From a virus (lineage: Duplodnaviria > Heunggongvirae > Uroviricota > Caudoviricetes): 18,337 nt of DNA. Location: IMG/VR virus record IMGVR_UViG_2657244986_000002. The stretch is one strand, 5' to 3'. This document shows, in pieces, positions 14,612 through 18,337 of this stretch; positions within the stretch are counted from its first letter, which is position 1, and each line of letters starts with the position of its first letter. The translations under genes and the position numbers were made by a program. The notes under the pieces are model-generated. The model ran no database searches. It saw only the letters and a program-made list of their open reading frames with translations, and was not told where the DNA came from.

Positions 14612-17600
14612 TTTGGGGATTGATGCGGCAGAGTTTAAAAATGAAATTCCCCGTATCAAAAACCTTCTGAATGGTGCCGCCAGCGATGCAGAACGGTCTT
14701 CTGCCCGTATGCAGCGTTTTATGGAGCGTCAGACTCAGGCCGCCCGGCAGACAACGCAGGCGGCTTCTTCGGCTGCAACAGCCGCCTCCGTCCATGCGCA
14801 GACGGTGGAGAAGAACGCACAGGCTCATGAACGCATGGCCCGCGAGGTGGAGAAAACCCGCCAGCGCATGGAGGCGCTGAGCCAGAAAATGCGCGATGAA
14901 CAGGCGCAGGCCATGGCTCTGGCGGAGGCTCAGGATAAAGCGGCTGCTGCGTTTTATCGTCAGATTGACAGTGTGAAACAGGCCAGTGCGGGGCTGCAGG
15001 AATTACAGCGTATTCAGCAGCAGATCCGACAGGCCAGAAACAGTGGCGGGATTGGTCAGCAGGATTATCTGGCGCTGATTTCTGAGGTTACGGCGAAAAC
15101 CCGTGTTCTTACACAGGCTGAGGAAGAGGCTACCCGACAGAAAGTGGCGTTTATCCGTCAGCTTAAAGAGCAGGCAACCCGCCAGAATCTTTCATCTTCT
15201 GAGTTGCTTCGTGCTAAGGCAGCCCAGCTGGGGGTAAGCAGTGCTGCAGAAGTGTATATCCGCAAAATGGAGCAGGCAGGAAAAGCCACGCATTCGCTGG
15301 GTCTGAAAAGTGCAGCAGCCCGCCAGGAGATAGGCGTTCTGATAGGTGAACTGGCCCGCGGCAATTTAGGGGCGCTGAGGGGATCCGGGATAACGCTGGC
15401 TAACCGTGCCGGATGGATAGACACACTGATGTCACCGAAAGGCATGATGCTTGGCGGGGTTATTGGCGGTATTGCCGCGGCCGTCTATGGTCTGGGTAAA
15501 GCCTGGTATGACGGTCAGAAGGAGGGGGAAGAATTTAACCGCCAGTTGTCGCTGACGGGGCATTATGCCGGAGTTACTGCCGGGCAGCTGTGGACGCTCA
15601 GTCGTGCTATTTCCGGGAATGGTATCACGCAACATGCTGCAGCCGGTGCGCTGGCTCAGGTGGTGGGGAGTGGTGCATTTCGTGGAAACGATATCGGTAT
15701 GGTGGCGAGAGCTGCCGCACAGATGGAGCGATCGGTTGGCCAGTCGGTCAGCGATACCATAAATCAGTTTAAGCGGCTGAAGGATGATCCTGTAAATGCC
15801 GCGAAGGCTCTGGACAATGAGCTGCATTTTCTTACTGCCACTCAGCTTGAGCAGATACGCGTCCTTGGGGAGCAGGGGCGGTCCAGTGATGCTGCACGGA
15901 TAGCCATGTCTGCACTGGCAGAGGAAACCGGTCGGCGTACTGCGGATATTGATAATAACCTCAATGCGCTTGGCAGTACGCTGAAGTATCTGTCTGATTT
16001 GTGGAGTCGTTTCTGGGATGCGGCCATGAATATTGGTCGTGAAGACTCGCTGGATGAACAGATTGCCGCTTTACAGGAGAAAGTGTCGCGGGCGAAAAGA
16101 CTCCCCTGGACGGCATCATCTTCTCAGGTTGAATACGATCAGCAGCGTCTTAACGATCTTCAGGAGAAAAAACGCCAGAAGGATTTGCAGGATGCAAAAG
16201 AGCAGGCAGAGCGGAATTATCAGGAGCAACAGAAACGCCGTAATGCTGAAAATGCTGCACTGAACCGGATGAATGAAACGGAAGCAGCACGACATCAGCG
16301 TGAAATTGCGCGTATTAATGCCATGCAGTACGCCGATCAGGCTGTCAGGGATGCGGCGATACAACGTGAAAATGAACGTTACGAGAAAGCCCTGGCATCC
16401 GGTAAGAAAAAAACACGCGAAACCCGTAATGATGAGGCCACCCGGTTATTGCTGCAGTACAGCCAGCAACAGGCACAGGTGGAAGGACAGATTGCTGCTG
16501 CAAGACAGTCAGCAGGCATTGCCACTGAAAAGATGACAGAAGCGCATAAACAGCTTCTGGCTCTGCAGCAGCGCATCAGCGATCTGGACGGGAAAAAACT
16601 GACGGCAGATGAAAAGAGTGTGCTGGCCCGTAAAGATGAACTGATTCAGGCACTGACGCTGCTGGATGTAAAACAGCAGGAGCTTCAGAAACAGACGGCA
16701 CTCAACGATCTGAAGAAAAAAACAATTCAGCTGACCAGTCAACTGGCTGAAGAAGAGCGCGCTCAGCGTCAGCAACATGACCTGGATATCGCCACGGTGG
16801 GTATGGGTGATCAGCAGCGGCAGCGATATCAGGTACAACTGAGCCTTCGCCAGAAATACCAGCAACAGCTGGAGCAGTTGAGGCGGGATAGTGAGCAGAA
16901 AGGGACATATAACACGGATGACTACAGAAAGGCCGAGCAGGCGCTGACGGAGAGCCTGAACAGGCAACTGAATGAGAATCGCCGTTACTGGCAACAGCTT
17001 GAAATTGCTCAGGGTAACTGGAAAAACGGTGCCATGCGGGCGTTTCAGAATTTCACGGCAGATGCGGATAATGCGGCAGGCACTGCGGAGCAGATGCTTA
17101 CAGCGGCATTTAATAGTGCAGGTAATGCACTGGCTACATTCTGTACCACCGGAAAACTGAACTTCAAATCTTTTACCGCCTCGCTCCTTTCTGATCTGGC
17201 AAAAATCATGGCTCAGATGTCCATGATGCAGGCAGTTAAGGGGATTGGTTCGGCGTTTGGCTGGGGGAGTGCAGCAACTGCCAGTGTGACGCCCAATGCT
17301 GATGGTGGTGTTTATCAGTCTGCTGATTTGAGTCGCTACAGTGGCACGGTGGTTAACCGTCCGACGTTTTTTGCTTTTGCAAAAGGTGCAGGTGTGATGG
17401 GGGAAGCTGGGCCTGAAGCCATTCTGCCTCTGCGTCGTGGTGCTGACGGTAAGCTGGGGGTTGTGGCGGATATTGGTGGTTCAGGTATGGCGATGTTTGC
17501 CCCGCAGTACAACATCGAGATCAATAACGATGGCACGAACGGGCAGATAGGTCCGGCTGCCCTGAAGGTGGTTTATGACCTCGGGAAAAAAGCAGCAGCG

Positions 17601-17657
17601 GACTTTATGCAACAGCAGGCCCGTGATGGTGGTCGGTTAAGTGGAGCATATCGGTAA
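14583..17657 (+). CDS. Tail tape measure protein (lambda gpH-like)
   Basis: About 1024 aa; N-terminus MDQIANLVIDLGIDAAEF resembles lambda H (MAEPVGDLVVDLSLDAARF) and the C-terminus (...INNDGTNGQIGPAALKVVYDL...DGGRLSG) is nearly identical to the lambda H C-terminus; Gln/Ala/Glu-rich coiled-coil middle; RBS GGAGG before ATG 14583. Confidence 0.9.
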   Translation: MDQIANLVIDLGIDAAEFKNEIPRIKNLLNGAASDAERSSARMQRFMERQTQAARQTTQAASSAATAASVHAQTVEKNAQAHERMAREVEKTRQRMEALSQKMRDEQAQAMALAEAQDKAAAAFYRQIDSVKQASAGLQELQRIQQQIRQARNSGGIGQQDYLALISEVTAKTRVLTQAEEEATRQKVAFIRQLKEQATRQNLSSSELLRAKAAQLGVSSAAEVYIRKMEQAGKATHSLGLKSAAARQEIGVLIGELARGNLGALRGSGITLANRAGWIDTLMSPKGMMLGGVIGGIAAAVYGLGKAWYDGQKEGEEFNRQLSLTGHYAGVTAGQLWTLSRAISGNGITQHAAAGALAQVVGSGAFRGNDIGMVARAAAQMERSVGQSVSDTINQFKRLKDDPVNAAKALDNELHFLTATQLEQIRVLGEQGRSSDAARIAMSALAEETGRRTADIDNNLNALGSTLKYLSDLWSRFWDAAMNIGREDSLDEQIAALQEKVSRAKRLPWTASSSQVEYDQQRLNDLQEKKRQKDLQDAKEQAERNYQEQQKRRNAENAALNRMNETEAARHQREIARINAMQYADQAVRDAAIQRENERYEKALASGKKKTRETRNDEATRLLLQYSQQQAQVEGQIAAARQSAGIATEKMTEAHKQLLALQQRISDLDGKKLTADEKSVLARKDELIQALTLLDVKQQELQKQTALNDLKKKTIQLTSQLAEEERAQRQQHDLDIATVGMGDQQRQRYQVQLSLRQKYQQQLEQLRRDSEQKGTYNTDDYRKAEQALTESLNRQLNENRRYWQQLEIAQGNWKNGAMRAFQNFTADADNAAGTAEQMLTAAFNSAGNALATFCTTGKLNFKSFTASLLSDLAKIMAQMSMMQAVKGIGSAFGWGSAATASVTPNADGGVYQSADLSRYSGTVVNRPTFFAFAKGAGVMGEAGPEAILPLRRGADGKLGVVADIGGSGMAMFAPQYNIEINNDGTNGQIGPAALKVVYDLGKKAAADFMQQQARDGGRLSGAYR

Positions 17658-17986
17658 TGGAGACGTTTCACTGGAAAGTGCGCCCGGATATGAATGTGGT
17701 ATCAGAGCCGAAAGTGGTGACAGTGAAGCTGGGCGATGGTTATGAACAGCGTCGTGCGGCGGGACTGAATAACCAGTTGTCGACTTACAGCGTGACGATA
17801 CGTGTTCGTAAATGTGAACACCCATCTTTAAAAGCCTTTCTGGAACGGCACGGTGGCGTCCGCGCATTTCAGTGGACGCCACCTTATGACTGGAAACCGA
17901 TTAGGGTGGTTTGTCGTAAATGGTCGGCAAGCGTGGGGGCGCTGTGGGTAACCATAACGGCAGATTTTGAACAGGTCGTGGCATAG
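17657..17986 (+). CDS. Minor tail protein M (lambda gpM-like)
   Basis: 109 aa, METFHWKVRPDMNVVSEPKVVTVKLGDGYEQRRAAGLN...FEQVV closely resembles lambda M (MKTFRWKVKPGMDVASVPSVRKVRFGDGYSQRAPAGLN...FEQVVN); start overlaps the H stop (TAATG). Confidence 0.9.
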   Translation: METFHWKVRPDMNVVSEPKVVTVKLGDGYEQRRAAGLNNQLSTYSVTIRVRKCEHPSLKAFLERHGGVRAFQWTPPYDWKPIRVVCRKWSASVGALWVTITADFEQVVA

Positions 17987-17995
17987 GAGGCTCTG

Positions 17996-18337
17996 ATGCA
18001 GGATATTCCACAGGAAACACATCATGAGACGACACGCCTCACTCAGTCAGCCCAGGTGGTGCTCTGGGAAATCGATCTGACAGAGGTCGGTGGTGAACGT
18101 TATTTTTTCTGTAATGAGCAGAACGAAAAAGGTGAGCCGGTCACCTGGCAGAGACGACAGTATCAGCCGTATCCCATTCAGGGGACGGGATTTGAACTGA
18201 ACGGCAAGGGCAGTGCTGCCCGTCCGACACTGACGGTTTCTAACCTGCACGGTATGGTCACCGGGATGGCGGAAGAGCTGCAGAGTCTGGTCGGCGGAAC
18301 GGTGGTCCGGCGTAAGGTTTACGCCCGTTTTCTGGAT
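17996..18337 (+). CDS. Minor tail protein L (lambda gpL-like), 3' end truncated by the window
   Basis: Translation from ATG 17996 (MQDIPQETHHETTRLTQSAQVVLWEIDLTEVGGERYFFCNEQNEKGEPVTWQRRQYQPYPIQGTGFELNGKG...VVRRKVYARFLD) is almost identical in pattern to lambda L; open to the window end; RBS GGAGG. Confidence 0.85.
   Translation, partial: MQDIPQETHHETTRLTQSAQVVLWEIDLTEVGGERYFFCNEQNEKGEPVTWQRRQYQPYPIQGTGFELNGKGSAARPTLTVSNLHGMVTGMAEELQSLVGGTVVRRKVYARFLD

Noticed and set aside
1-18337. CRISPR arrays, tRNA or rRNA genes, IS elements, integrase or att sites
   Set aside because: No regularly spaced direct repeats, no cloverleaf-like or rRNA-like segments and no transposase or integrase-like ORFs were seen; the window appears to lie wholly inside the prophage late region.

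Overview
This window is the late region of a lambda-like (lambdoid siphovirus) enterobacterial prophage, read left to right on the + strand. All calls rest on reading the ORF translations and DNA by eye against remembered lambda and phage 21 proteins; no searches were run. In order: an AT-rich AraC-family regulator gene; a lysis cassette (phage 21-type pinholin, an unrecognised 206-aa protein, SAR endolysin, Rz with embedded Rz1); an AT-rich two-gene cargo operon with apparent promoter and terminator; a candidate cos site; then the collinear lambda-type packaging, head and tail genes (Nu1-like TerS, gpA-like TerL, W, portal, prohead protease-capsid fusion, small head protein, FII, Z, U, V, G/GT frameshift pair, tape measure H, M, and L truncated at the window end). 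The best candidate for an undescribed system is the translationally coupled gene pair at 3055-4766, for which I recognise no family. No tRNA, rRNA, CRISPR array, IS element or integrase was seen.
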